Shown here: in pieces, positions 1 to 9,760 of the stretch
Numbering within the stretch: position 1 is the first letter of the stretch
Layout: every line of letters begins with the position of its first letter
From: a virus
Direction: 5' to 3' (one strand)
Length of the DNA stretch: 64,000 nt
Virus record (IMG/VR): IMGVR_UViG_3300022188_000006
Coordinates: 92,276-156,275 of that record
Made by a program: the position numbers and the translations under genes
The notes under the pieces: generated by a model
What the model was told of the DNA's origin: nothing
The model's input: only the letters and a program-made list of their open reading frames with translations
Database searches by the model: none

Positions 1-2191
1 TCACGGAATAGCCTGTCGCCGATTTCTGCGTCTGATTAGTCAGAGATAGGGTCGCACCGCTGACCAACGTGCCATTCCGATGAACTTCGGCAACCCAGCT
101 CGCAATGTTGCGCGCACTCGCCGACATGGCAACCAGCTTGCAATTGTAAGGGATTACGAACCCATTCGAGCCGGTCGAAACACCATCAGCATAAAGGTAT
201 ATGTTCGAACTGTAATTTCTCCGGGCGGCCGTCAAACAGAACAAGCCACCCGCCGACTGCGGTCCCTGGTAACCCTGGCTGCCCTGAAATCCATTGGCAC
301 CTGTCTCGCCCTGAGGACCCTGACTGCCTTGCGGCCCCGGATTCGTACCCTGTGGTCCCTGAACACCCTGAGGACCGTAATCACCAGATATTCCCTGCCA
401 GCCCTGAGGCCCCTGGAACCCTGTCGGCCCCTGCACACCTTGACTGCCAGCAGCACCCTGTGCACCTTGTGGACCAGCGGCACCGGGGGGTCCAGCAACT
501 CCTTGCGGTCCAGCGGAGCCAACAGGCCCTTGAAAGCCGGTATCGCCCTGAACCCCTTGTGGTCCCTGTGGACCCTGCGGGCCGGGATTGGTGCCCTGCG
601 GGCCTTGTACGCCCTCGCCCTGCGGCCCCTGCACACCCTGCGCACCTTGCGAACCGAGATCGCCTTGATTACCCTGTTCGCCCTGCGGCCCCAAACCACC
701 TTGTGGACCCTGAACGCCTTGCGGCCCCGAATCCCCTTGAGGCCCTTGAACACCGCTTCCCTGCCAACCCTGCGGCCCTTGGTTTCCTTGTGAACCGGAA
801 ACACCTTGACTACCCTGAACACCGGCATCACCCTTCACCCCTTGCGGACCCTGCGCGCCGTCAGCACCAACATCGCCTTGTGGGCCAATAGACCCTTGGA
901 CGCCTTGAGCCCCTTGCACCCCTTGAACACCCTGTGGACCCTGGACTCCTTGTGTGCCAATTCCTTCGGCACCCTGCACGCCCTGAAATCCCTGTGCGCC
1001 TTGGTAACCAATAGCTCCCTGGTAGCCCTGCGGACCTCCAACGCCCTGTGGACCTTCCTGACCCTGGTACCCGATTGGACCCTGGTTGCCGTCTATGCCC
1101 TGCGGACCTTGATCACCTTGAAACCCGGTTGGACCTCTTATGCCTTGGGGTCCCTGACGACCTTGGTAACCTTGCGGGCCTTGAACACCCTGAGGGCCGG
1201 TATCTCCGGTTTGCCCCAGACCCTGCGGACCTTGCACGCCTTGGGAACCGGTTGGTCCAGCATCTCCTTGTGCACCCTTTTGCCCAATTGGCCCCTGTAC
1301 GCCTTGAGGACCTTGGTTTCCCTGAATCCCCGGTGTTCCTGGATCTCCTTTGAAACCTTGCGGGCCTTGCGGCCCAATCTGCCCGTCAAGTCCTTGTGGC
1401 CCTTGCATACCCTGCGGGCCTAGACCTTGAGGCCCCTGGGAGCCTGTTTCGCCGATATCGCCTTGCGGCCCAAGAGCGCCTTGCGGTCCTTGTGCCCCCT
1501 GCGCACCAGAAACACCCTGTGAGCCTTCCTCGCCCTGAGGTCCAGTCGCCCCTTGCGCACCTTGGTACCCGTAACCTTGTGGCCCCTGGGCACCTTGTGG
1601 CCCGAAGTCTCCCTGCGCTCCCGTATCTCCCACAGATCCCTGAGGACCAATCGAGCCGGTATTTCCCTGGGGACCTGCAGTGCCCTGCGGGCCTTGTGGA
1701 CCGGCTTCTCCTTGGTAACCCTGCGGGCCACGAAGACCAAGTGGCCCCTGCGCGCCAGTGTCCCCCTGGGCACCCTTGCTACCTTGGACACCCTGGTTTC
1801 CTATCGGCCCCTGATTCCCCGCAACACCTTGCCAGCCGCGAACTCCCTGTGGCCCCTGAACACCCTGGACACCTTGCGGTCCCTGAATACCCTGAGCACC
1901 ATCAAGGCCATCAACACCGTCAGCTCCGGAAGGCCCTTGGACACCCTGCGGACCGGAAATCCCTTGAGGTCCTTGCGCGCCTTTCAAACCTTCAAAACCC
2001 TGTGGACCTTGAACACCCTGCGGGCCTATTTGCCCCGTATCACCTTGCGGCCCCTGAGCACCTTGAAATCCATACCCCTGCGGACCCTGTGGACCTGGGT
2101 TGGTGCCTTGAGGCCCTTGAGGTCCGAGCCCCGTGACCTTCCTCCTAACACCGAATCCGCGTTCTCCGCGGGGAACATGCGAGACCGGCAT
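1..2191 (-). CDS. Collagen-like (G-X-Y, mostly G-X-Q) fibre protein, >730 aa, 3' end runs off the window; beta-rich C-terminal domain begins near nt 255
   Basis: Not in the ORF track (no stop in window). Manual translation from ATG 2191: [50 protein letters not shown]...; the same frame at the far end reads [28 protein letters not shown]... Confidence 0.93.
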   Translation of the reverse strand, partial: MPVSHVPRGERGFGVRRKVTGLGPQGPQGTNPGPQGPQGYGFQGAQGPQGDTGQIGPQGVQGPQGFEGLKGAQGPQGISGPQGVQGPSGADGVDGLDGAQGIQGPQGVQGVQGPQGVRGWQGVAGNQGPIGNQGVQGSKGAQGDTGAQGPLGLRGPQGYQGEAGPQGPQGTAGPQGNTGSIGPQGSVGDTGAQGDFGPQGAQGPQGYGYQGAQGATGPQGEEGSQGVSGAQGAQGPQGALGPQGDIGETGSQGPQGLGPQGMQGPQGLDGQIGPQGPQGFKGDPGTPGIQGNQGPQGVQGPIGQKGAQGDAGPTGSQGVQGPQGLGQTGDTGPQGVQGPQGYQGRQGPQGIRGPTGFQGDQGPQGIDGNQGPIGYQGQEGPQGVGGPQGYQGAIGYQGAQGFQGVQGAEGIGTQGVQGPQGVQGVQGAQGVQGSIGPQGDVGADGAQGPQGVKGDAGVQGSQGVSGSQGNQGPQGWQGSGVQGPQGDSGPQGVQGPQGGLGPQGEQGNQGDLGSQGAQGVQGPQGEGVQGPQGTNPGPQGPQGPQGVQGDTGFQGPVGSAGPQGVAGPPGAAGPQGAQGAAGSQGVQGPTGFQGPQGWQGISGDYGPQGVQGPQGTNPGPQGSQGPQGETGANGFQGSQGYQGPQSAGGLFCLTAARRNYSSNIYLYADGVSTGSNGFVIPYNCKLVAMSASARNIASWVAEVHRNGTLVSGATLSLTNQTQKSATGYSV

Positions 2192-2197
2192 CCGCGA

Positions 2198-2599
2198 CTA
2201 CCTCACGCTGCAATACAGAGAAGCTGTCCCTGTAAATGGCGGTGTTCCGGCTCCCCTGCAAGAGACCCTTATTCTGTCCTCGGACTCTCCGAGCTGGACG
2301 GGTATTCTGAACGTGCCGCTCTGAGTGAATCTGAAGATAAACGTCTCCGTAGTACCATCATTGTCGCTAATGGTGTCAGCGAAAAACAGATTGCTGGGCG
2401 AAGTGTCATCAAAAACAGGGCTGTACTCTACGAGAACCTGGAGTTCGTCCTCGTTTCCTTTTGTATAGTCGATGTAGACGAACGCTTGGATAACAGCAGG
2501 TGTCAAAGCTACCCTGGAATTATCCGAAAAGGTTGTCGTCAGGTTCGTGATGTCGAAGGTCTGGTCGTAATTCTCCCCCCAGTTGCTTTTTCCAGCCAT
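2198..2599 (-). CDS. Hypothetical beta-rich protein, probably virion-associated
   Basis: 133 aa, RBS AGGAAG, between the propeller and collagen genes. Confidence 0.7.
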   Translation of the reverse strand: MAGKSNWGENYDQTFDITNLTTTFSDNSRVALTPAVIQAFVYIDYTKGNEDELQVLVEYSPVFDDTSPSNLFFADTISDNDGTTETFIFRFTQSGTFRIPVQLGESEDRIRVSCRGAGTPPFTGTASLYCSVR

Positions 2600-2608
2600 G
2601 TTTGCTTC

Positions 2609-3793
2609 CTACAGTCTGCCGAGACGATAAAGCGCCTCCGTGACATCCGCATACATCCAGGGTATCGAAAAGTATCCACAAGTATAGTTACCCGAACTAT
2701 CACGACCGCTGACTAGCAGCTTGACATCAGCCTCGTCACCGGCACCAGAGAACCTATTTTCGAAGTCGACAACGGCCGACGGAGTATAGCACCTTTGCTC
2801 GCGCCACGTGCCGCTTACGCGACCAAACAGCGGCCCTTGAATCGTCAGCTTTGCCCAATCGAGTCCGTCATCCGAAACAGCCACTCCAATGCCCTCGTGT
2901 AGTGCGCCGGCTCCTCCGGAATAGAACATCATCCACTTTCCGAGAGTAGTCCGGAACACACTACAAGCACCTACGTAGCTGGAATCCCACGGAACAGGAT
3001 TGCCCCAGACGGTACTGCCATGGTCCAGTACCTTGTTATACAAAGAAAAGGTAACACCATCAGGGCTATAACCGAGTCCAATGGACTCAAAAGCACCGGT
3101 GGTGCCATCAAAGAACAGGACGTAGCTGTAGTCGTAGGGATTGCTACCGGAATTGCTAGCACCACTGTTGTAGATCACCGCGCAGGGACCATAGGAGCCG
3201 CGGTTCCAATCCGGATGTGTTCCTGTGACAATCGGAACAGCACCGTTTTGCAGCGGCTGATCATTACTCCAGTTAAGCAGGTCAGACGACTCAGCGGTCC
3301 TGATAGCCTGCACAGAGTATAACTGCGACGTGTCCCAGTAATAGATTCGGAAAGAAGAAGCTCCCGTTTGGACGACCTGGGAATGGTGTGCACCGGACGG
3401 CAAGCCGACAACAGGGTTACCGCCATTCAGGCGTGTCCACGTCGTGAAGTCGTTACTACCGGAAATAATGATGCCTCCACCGGCGTCCACGTCCGAAGAA
3501 TGTAGACACACGTATTTGTAAGCAGTCCCGGCGATGTCGAAGCCATCAGCGAAGTACAGAAGAGTCGGATAATATGCCCTGTCAACCGGAGGGTCGAGCA
3601 CAGGATTCTGATCGTATTCTTCTGGCAAGGCTAGGACCTTCCCGCCACCAGTAACATCCCAAACGCGCTGAAACCCGCCTTGTATGCTGTCACGGAGACG
3701 CTCCATCTCGGCTACCCAGGGCGTCAAACGGCGCTGACCTCGGTTAAGCTGGATCTCCTGTGATCCTCTGTGGTAGAATTGCTGCTGCGTCAT
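2609..3793 (-). CDS. Five-bladed beta-propeller glycoside-hydrolase-like protein (GH32/43/130-type fold)
   Basis: Repeated blade motifs SNDFTTW, SSDLLNW, SPDGVTF, SDDGLDW; WDSSYVG; MFYSG..GIGVAVS. Confidence 0.75.
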   Translation of the reverse strand: MTQQQFYHRGSQEIQLNRGQRRLTPWVAEMERLRDSIQGGFQRVWDVTGGGKVLALPEEYDQNPVLDPPVDRAYYPTLLYFADGFDIAGTAYKYVCLHSSDVDAGGGIIISGSNDFTTWTRLNGGNPVVGLPSGAHHSQVVQTGASSFRIYYWDTSQLYSVQAIRTAESSDLLNWSNDQPLQNGAVPIVTGTHPDWNRGSYGPCAVIYNSGASNSGSNPYDYSYVLFFDGTTGAFESIGLGYSPDGVTFSLYNKVLDHGSTVWGNPVPWDSSYVGACSVFRTTLGKWMMFYSGGAGALHEGIGVAVSDDGLDWAKLTIQGPLFGRVSGTWREQRCYTPSAVVDFENRFSGAGDEADVKLLVSGRDSSGNYTCGYFSIPWMYADVTEALYRLGRL

Positions 3794-4116
3794 CCGACCA
3801 CCCCCTCAAAAATGGCAGCGTAAGCGGCATCCTCTGCGTCCAGCTTCGTCCGCAACCGATCACGCGGAGAGAAAAGGAACTGCTGCCCCCGGGCCACCTC
3901 TGCAAATAGGTATGTGTTATTTACGGACCTGTGCACCTTTTCCAGCACTTCTCCCGCTGGCGCCTTCAGGTCGATTCCATCCATCCAATCCTCGTCAGCG
4001 CGTCCTCGCAGCAATACCGCCTTTCCGTCCTTGACAGCCCATTCCTGGACGATCACACAATCCCGTGTGCGCGGGTTTTGCTCGTAGACGGTCATGACAA
4101 CATTACCAGCGGCCAC
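3790..4116 (-). CDS. Hypothetical protein, putative partner/immunity protein of kinase 4103-4933
   Basis: Overlaps the kinase stop; similar to the C-terminal domain of 15547-17430. Confidence 0.7.
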   Translation of the reverse strand: MAAGNVVMTVYEQNPRTRDCVIVQEWAVKDGKAVLLRGRADEDWMDGIDLKAPAGEVLEKVHRSVNNTYLFAEVARGQQFLFSPRDRLRTKLDAEDAAYAAIFEGVVG

Positions 4117-4933
4117 CTAGTTTCCTCCATGTCCGCATTTTCTTGAGTTCCGAGTGACGCTTGAGAACCCCGTCTAGCTCACGGTCGCCCATTCGTGCCT
4201 CAGTCATTGCTTCCGCAACAGCCTCTAAGTCGGCCTTCTCCAGTATCTGCCGGACATCCTCGGTTATTTCTTTGCCGACGAGTCTCCGCCCAATCACAGA
4301 AAGCATATGCGTCCTGTCATCGCCGGAGGTAAAGGCGTAACCGTTGTCTATAGCGTAAATCCGCTTCTGCGGATCCACGAGCAGATTGCTTGCATGTCGG
4401 TCAATCTGTCCGCAGATAAAGTCGAATGCAGCACAACGATGAAACCAGGGATTTTCTGGATGCTGCCGATAATCGTATCGCCCCGACCGGCGTAACTCAC
4501 TCAACAATGGCAACCTGACCCACGCCATCATAGAACCGGAACCTTCATTGTCTAGCGTTCTGCCGACAACAGGGGGGACCAGGTCGAACCCATATATCCG
4601 GTCCAGCTTATACACCAGAAGCTCTCGCTCCGAAGGGCTCACCTTCGGATCCATTGCCGACAAGTACCGCCCGGTCTCATATCTAAACTCGTGCTTCTTA
4701 AATACAGCCTGTGTACAGTCGATAAAACCCTTGCGGAACGAAGTTTTCAATCTAACTCTCAAGGGACGATGGATCCCCTTGCCGATGGGCTCAGAGTACA
4801 GCTCTTCCGCCTGGGTTAGCACCAGACAACATTTGGCGTGGTCCAGATCGTCCAGACCCTTATCAAGATCAGCCGGCGCGAAGCCGGCCGACCTCCGCAT
4901 ACCGGAGAGTAGCCCACCAGTCAGCGCGTTCAT
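4103..4933 (-). CDS. PI3/PI4-kinase-like (HipA/CtkA-related) kinase
   Basis: AVFK, ERELLVYKLD..VPPVV, FDFICGQIDRHASNLL, IYAIDNGYAF. Confidence 0.85.
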   Translation of the reverse strand: MNALTGGLLSGMRRSAGFAPADLDKGLDDLDHAKCCLVLTQAEELYSEPIGKGIHRPLRVRLKTSFRKGFIDCTQAVFKKHEFRYETGRYLSAMDPKVSPSERELLVYKLDRIYGFDLVPPVVGRTLDNEGSGSMMAWVRLPLLSELRRSGRYDYRQHPENPWFHRCAAFDFICGQIDRHASNLLVDPQKRIYAIDNGYAFTSGDDRTHMLSVIGRRLVGKEITEDVRQILEKADLEAVAEAMTEARMGDRELDGVLKRHSELKKMRTWRKLGGRW

Positions 4934-4969
4934 GCGGTTTCCAGAGATGCCGCTACACAGCAGCCGGCG

Positions 4970-5425
4970 TCATTCGACTTTGAACGTGTGCGTGTGGCCG
5001 TCTGCCTCCTCAACGAGGCCGACCACCTTCACGTCATGCGTGTGGCCGTCGACACTGTCGGTCTTACCGTAAATGACACGCATATCTTTATCCACGAGGG
5101 CTACCACCCTGTGGCAGTGTCGGACCCCGTCTACACCGGCGTCCTGCGTAGTAATCGCCTCGATTTTTCGTTGCCCCGCTTGCTCACGAGCAAACGGCAT
5201 ACTGCCCGTGGTGCATGTGTTGTCCGGCGTGCCCGGACAGTCCACTTCGTTTTCGGCTGCAGCACCTATCCGCAGTCCTTCCCCGTAGGCATTATACCTC
5301 TTGAAGAAGAGAAGCCCAGAGTCGACAGCCACCAGCTCCCAACTAGCCCGACCTAGCTTCTCCAGCGTCGCAGTCAGGTCTCCACATTCAGACAAACTGA
5401 CCGTGTAGTAGTCCCATCCAGGCAT
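4970..5425 (-). CDS. DUF4177-like N-terminus plus His-rich (YmaF-like DGHxH) repeats
   Basis: WDYYTV..LEKLGRASWELVAV; HCHRV, DGHTHDV, DGHTHTF. Confidence 0.6.
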   Translation of the reverse strand: MPGWDYYTVSLSECGDLTATLEKLGRASWELVAVDSGLLFFKRYNAYGEGLRIGAAAENEVDCPGTPDNTCTTGSMPFAREQAGQRKIEAITTQDAGVDGVRHCHRVVALVDKDMRVIYGKTDSVDGHTHDVKVVGLVEEADGHTHTFKVE

Positions 5426-5451
5426 CGCTGCAACCCCCGTTAGATGCTTGA

Positions 5452-5488
5452 GGTCAGGCTGACCGGCCGAAACCGGTCAGCACTGACC
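5452..5488. other. Strong intergenic stem-loop without U-tract
   Basis: GGTCAG-GCTGACCGG-CCGAAA-CCGGTCAGC-A-CTGACC. Confidence 0.5.
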
Positions 5489-5494
5489 GAATCC

Positions 5495-5839
5495 TCAGAC
5501 GCGAGTCGGGCGCGCCCAAGCTCCGAATTGTCCCGGCGCAACACCGACCTGACCACCGCTCCTGGCCACGGAACTGACCACCTTCGGACCGTAGGCGGTC
5601 TCGCCACGTTCCACAGCGATCACCTTGCGAGCGTCCGCGTTGTTGCCCTGGCGAGCCAGATCGGCCATCTTGTCGGCCTCCGCAGGCGGCACACCGGCAG
5701 GGCCAGCATTCGGGATATTCGAATCCACAGGCGGCTGATCGGCGGGCTTTGTCACCATCTTGCTGATTTCCCCGCGCGCTTTACGCGCCTTCGAAACGGC
5801 GCCAGTTCCACCACGAGCAATTGTCGCCTTACCCATCAT
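5495..5839 (-). CDS. Hypothetical protein
   Basis: 114 aa, RBS GGAGG, overlaps the upstream stop. Confidence 0.65.
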   Translation of the reverse strand: MMGKATIARGGTGAVSKARKARGEISKMVTKPADQPPVDSNIPNAGPAGVPPAEADKMADLARQGNNADARKVIAVERGETAYGPKVVSSVARSGGQVGVAPGQFGAWARPTRV

Positions 5840-6180
5840 TCATCCTCCTTGCTTGACTTGACCCCTTCAAACCTGAAACCAGGACAATTTGGGGTCGGAG
5901 AGTCTGGAAATCCTCTACAAATCTGCGGCCTGTCCTCGTAGATGGTACAAACCGCTTCTCCGTTTTCCCACTTCAGAGCGGAACACCTCGCTTCGAAAAT
6001 AACTTCTGCTTCCCGCTCGTTGATCTGTTTGACCGAGACACCTTCGTGCAGGGCCGCCCAGCGTAGAAAATCTTGGGCTGCTGCCATCTCTAAGTCAGTC
6101 GTGGCACCCTCCATTCCAAACTTCAGGACCACCTTCTTGCAACAGTTGCCACACCGCAAGCACTCACCGGTTCTTTCCAT
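5836..6180 (-). CDS. YkgJ-family (CxxCxxCC) cysteine-cluster protein
   Basis: CLRCGNCC ... CSAL ... CTIYEDRPQICRGFP. Confidence 0.85.
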   Translation of the reverse strand: MERTGECLRCGNCCKKVVLKFGMEGATTDLEMAAAQDFLRWAALHEGVSVKQINEREAEVIFEARCSALKWENGEAVCTIYEDRPQICRGFPDSPTPNCPGFRFEGVKSSKEDE

Positions 6181-6941
6181 TACACCACCATCGGAGACAC
6201 ATGCTCGGTCTCCCCGCCGGGCGTGGCCATCTCGGGAAACCGAATGATAATCGAGCTGTCCTTAACAATGTATGGATAAGGGGTCTCCTTGTCCTTCACC
6301 GGGTACGGACCCTTCCCATCGAGTTCAAGCGCGAGGACCCGCTCCTCTTCTGAGAACGGCTCGCTTTTCCGCACCATTACACCGTGCGGATAGCCGTTCT
6401 TTGTCACAAGGCACTTGCATGTGTAGCACTTAGTAACCTTGCCCTGCGGGAAAATGTCGACGACGGCACCATGGACTCCGAGCGGAACCCAGTTTAGCAC
6501 TTGGACTCTATCGCCCACACGTAGGGTCCGCGGTCGCACAAAAGCAGGGGGCTCTTCCGGAACCTCACGCTCAACCCAGAGCTTGTTGGTCTTCCTAGAA
6601 ATGATCTCCCCATCTTTGGCGAGAGCACGAGCCAAAGCTTTTCTGAATTTCTCAGATTCGAGTAGTTCAACCGGATAGCCAGCCTTTTCAAGGGCCGCCG
6701 CCATGATCTGACGCGCCTTCTCTTTCAGCGCGCCTTCGGTCACGGGCTGGTCTTGCGCCGACCCCTTTTGCTCCGACGCCTGATCGTCCTGCTGGTCTTC
6801 GTCCTGTTCCTGCACGTCCTTCAGGATCGGGAACAACGGTTTGTTGAGCTTCGCAGAAAACGTCAGACCCTTACGAATCTCGGCGCCGTGCTCAATCTGA
6901 CTGCTGGAAGTCCATGTTTCTCGGTCGTGGATCTCATTCAT
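6180..6941 (-). CDS. Hypothetical protein with SH3/KOW-like segment
   Basis: 253 aa, RBS AGGAG; LRVGDRVQV...GAVVDI. Confidence 0.65.
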   Translation of the reverse strand: MNEIHDRETWTSSSQIEHGAEIRKGLTFSAKLNKPLFPILKDVQEQDEDQQDDQASEQKGSAQDQPVTEGALKEKARQIMAAALEKAGYPVELLESEKFRKALARALAKDGEIISRKTNKLWVEREVPEEPPAFVRPRTLRVGDRVQVLNWVPLGVHGAVVDIFPQGKVTKCYTCKCLVTKNGYPHGVMVRKSEPFSEEERVLALELDGKGPYPVKDKETPYPYIVKDSSIIIRFPEMATPGGETEHVSPMVV

Positions 6942-6950
6942 TTTATACTC

Positions 6951-7658
6951 CTACGCGAGAAGATCGTCGAGGGCTTTCTCGAAATCTTCTAGGCACTTGC
7001 CCACGAGGCACTCACCTCTGCCACCTTGCCCAAGTCCCGAACCATCCATCCGACCGCCACCCGGACCCATACCACGACGACCTTGCAGCAACCTGGGAGG
7101 CAGGTTTCCGGATGCCGCTTCGGTTTCGCTCTCGCTCGTAGTGGTAGTCTCTTCCTCTTCTTGGTTCGTCAGCCCCTGGAAAGGATGCAAGGCGCCACCA
7201 GCAGCCATATCTGCAGTGTCCATTTTCGTCACGCCGACCACCGACAGAACACCTGGCGCAGCCCAAACAATTCGCTCGCTCCCTGGCAACAGCCGCTGGA
7301 CGTCTACCCGGACAGCCATGTTATCGGAGGCGTCGATACTGTCGACCTGCAACCCGCGTTCGATGCACCACTCCTTGACCTTGGATGAGTTGGCGAACCG
7401 CTTTCTGCTGAACCACAAACTGCCAAGTTCGAAATCCGGCACCGACTTCTGGTAGCGCGTCTCATTGAGCATACCAGTCCATCGGTCATCGCTCAGCTCG
7501 GCCGCCCTTATCGCCTTAAAAGGATTGTCGCAGTACAGGCACTTGTGCTTTGCTCCCACAATCCTCGGGCGCCAAGCTAAAATAGAATCGACGCAGCAAC
7601 CGCGCACATCCTGTACGGCTTCAATGCCGATGCGGCCATCCAGATCCAAGCCAGCCAT
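6951..7658 (-). CDS. Hypothetical protein, possibly head-associated
   Basis: Start moved to ATG 7658 (GGAGG upstream); first gene after the promoter at 7790-7818. Confidence 0.65.
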   Translation of the reverse strand: MAGLDLDGRIGIEAVQDVRGCCVDSILAWRPRIVGAKHKCLYCDNPFKAIRAAELSDDRWTGMLNETRYQKSVPDFELGSLWFSRKRFANSSKVKEWCIERGLQVDSIDASDNMAVRVDVQRLLPGSERIVWAAPGVLSVVGVTKMDTADMAAGGALHPFQGLTNQEEEETTTTSESETEAASGNLPPRLLQGRRGMGPGGGRMDGSGLGQGGRGECLVGKCLEDFEKALDDLLA

Positions 7659-7789
7659 GGTCTTGCCTCCCATGAAGTTGCTTGCAGGACGCGGCCATTC
7701 GCTCTATGCCGGCACCCGAAGCAGACTTGTGTATCCCGCGCACATCGCGGTAGCAAAAGAGTCACAGCAGTATATGCTGCTACAATCCT

Positions 7790-7818
7790 AGTTTATCCCC
7801 TTTTTGATAGTGAGTCAA
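7790..7818 (-). promoter_or_regulatory. Sigma70-like promoter
   Basis: TTGACT-17 nt-TAAACT in the intergenic gap after terL. Confidence 0.65.
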
Positions 7819-7828
7819 GCCTTTCGCA

Positions 7829-9712
7829 CTACACAACGATGACGTTCTGAACGTACTTCGCCGAATCAAAAGGGTTCACAACGAAATCAGGAACGTCTAC
7901 AGCAACCTCGTTCAGACCATCTTCATCGAACTTCCTAGCCATCGCGCGCCGTTGTTTCTCTGCCTTTTTTGCTTCGAGCAACCGCGTTTGCACCTCAGCA
8001 GCGGACGCCTTCTCGATGTCTGGACCAAATTCGTCCTCGAAACGGAAATTCATCATGAGACACATGAGCGCGTCTGGTCCGTGATCCTTCTTCTTTAGGA
8101 TGGCACCGGTAGTCTCGGACCTACGGTAAGCCTTCAGTTGCTCGATTAGTATTTCCAGTGCCTTGTTTATGCGTATGCGCCTGAACACGAAGTACTTCGA
8201 AACATTTTCAATGCCTATCTTCTTCCATGTCCCGAAATTTATCGGCCGCACATCAAAACCAGCGCTAGAGAGTTCCGCGTTGTTGAATGGGTGAGACGAG
8301 TCTGCCAATACGGGGAACTCGCCAAACAGTGTCTTCCAATCGCGCAACTTTGTAGCTACATCGGAGACCAGCACGTGGTCTGTAAACTCAGCCTCATGGA
8401 TATAAACACATTCCCTCGTGCGTATCCCCAGGATCATCACCATGCTTCCCTGAGACTGAATACCCCAGTCGATACCAACCGCCGCCCTATCCACCGCACT
8501 GTCGATAAGGATAGGATCAGTAAGAGAAGCCTCAATCAGCTCAGGTGCATAGACGCAAGACGAATACGACGGGCGTTCGCAGGCAAACTCGGTCTCAAAG
8601 ACGGTCGTCCCGGCATTCATCTCCTTAGCTTCTGACACCATTTTGAAGGTGGCCCAGCCGTCACTGTGGCGCGCCTTTCCGTAACACCCCTTAAATACCT
8701 CTGTCTTCTTACCATCGGGACCATCCACCAAAACCCTGTCCGTCAAATAGCACCTCTTGCAGTACTCAAGAGCTTCCGGATCATCCTCCGTCGCCTCTTC
8801 GAGACCCCTCGTGCATCGTTCCATAGTATCAAACACGTTCCAGTTGTACCGCTGAAATCCCTTCTCCCTGTAACCATCCCAATACTCTTGGAACAGGCCG
8901 TGCGGTATATGGAACGTAGAAAACAAGCACACAATTGAATCCGGCTCTGACAGCGCGCCCTGCAAAGCAGCCCGCATCGCCTTTTCGACTCTGCGGTCCT
9001 CCTGGCAAACCTCGTCCACAAAAATTGTCCCAAAGTGCTTGCCGCGTCCTTGTTTCTCCGTCGCCGGCACACACTTCAAGAGAACACCTGTCACCAACCG
9101 GGTGACATCAGAAAGCGGATCGCCGAGCAGGAGACCGTCACGCAACCCGGGCACAGCATCCCAGAACATCTTCACGTAGTCATAAACAACTTTCGACTGT
9201 TCCCCCGAACCTGCCACATCCAGTATTTCCCGCTTCCAGTAGATGAGGAGCAACCAGATCAGCACAGCAGCCGAAAGAGATCCACCGCCACCACGCGGCT
9301 TCCAAGTGATCGTCTTTCGAACTCGACCAAAAAACACGTCGCCGACCCATTTGATGATCGGCGGAATGAGCTTCACATAGGTCTTTTTGCCGTCCTTAAT
9401 TACGTATAAGGTTTCCCCGACAAATGATGCAAGCCTTTCGTGTTGCCGCTTTATGTATGCTTCTTCACTTTCTTCGTATCCCAAGGGCTCGCGAACCCAG
9501 CCGTCTGTCACGTGCCAGCCTTTTTCGGCAGCCGTAACGGCGCTCATCTCTGGATCATAGACACCCTGCTTGAAGCCACGGGGAAACAGCAGATCAGGCA
9601 AACCGTAAGCACCCGGATATCCCCTTGCGAGACGATCCCTGATCTCTCGCTCAAGCAGCAGAAGCTGTCGTAGCTTCTCCTCTTTGCTTTGGCTCGCCTT
9701 ACGTTTTTTCAC
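7829..9712 (-). CDS. terL: Terminase large subunit
   Basis: Walker A-position WKPRGGGGS, RGKH, Walker B IFVDEV, STF coupling motif, RNase H-like VGIDWG and DHGPDA. Confidence 0.85.
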   Translation of the reverse strand: MKKRKASQSKEEKLRQLLLLEREIRDRLARGYPGAYGLPDLLFPRGFKQGVYDPEMSAVTAAEKGWHVTDGWVREPLGYEESEEAYIKRQHERLASFVGETLYVIKDGKKTYVKLIPPIIKWVGDVFFGRVRKTITWKPRGGGGSLSAAVLIWLLLIYWKREILDVAGSGEQSKVVYDYVKMFWDAVPGLRDGLLLGDPLSDVTRLVTGVLLKCVPATEKQGRGKHFGTIFVDEVCQEDRRVEKAMRAALQGALSEPDSIVCLFSTFHIPHGLFQEYWDGYREKGFQRYNWNVFDTMERCTRGLEEATEDDPEALEYCKRCYLTDRVLVDGPDGKKTEVFKGCYGKARHSDGWATFKMVSEAKEMNAGTTVFETEFACERPSYSSCVYAPELIEASLTDPILIDSAVDRAAVGIDWGIQSQGSMVMILGIRTRECVYIHEAEFTDHVLVSDVATKLRDWKTLFGEFPVLADSSHPFNNAELSSAGFDVRPINFGTWKKIGIENVSKYFVFRRIRINKALEILIEQLKAYRRSETTGAILKKKDHGPDALMCLMMNFRFEDEFGPDIEKASAAEVQTRLLEAKKAEKQRRAMARKFDEDGLNEVAVDVPDFVVNPFDSAKYVQNVIVV

Positions 9713-9760
9713 TGTAACACCGTGGGGCCGCCGTTGCCGACGGCCCCGATCGTCTTCTTT

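Noticed and set aside
240-2130. Repetitive DNA as a possible CRISPR array or satellite
   Set aside because: 9-nt coding periodicity with degenerate third positions; no repeat-spacer structure
80-2716. Long + strand ORFs and alternative-frame ORFs over the collagen region
   Set aside because: Shadows of the G-X-Y repeat; the real gene is the minus-strand frame from 2191
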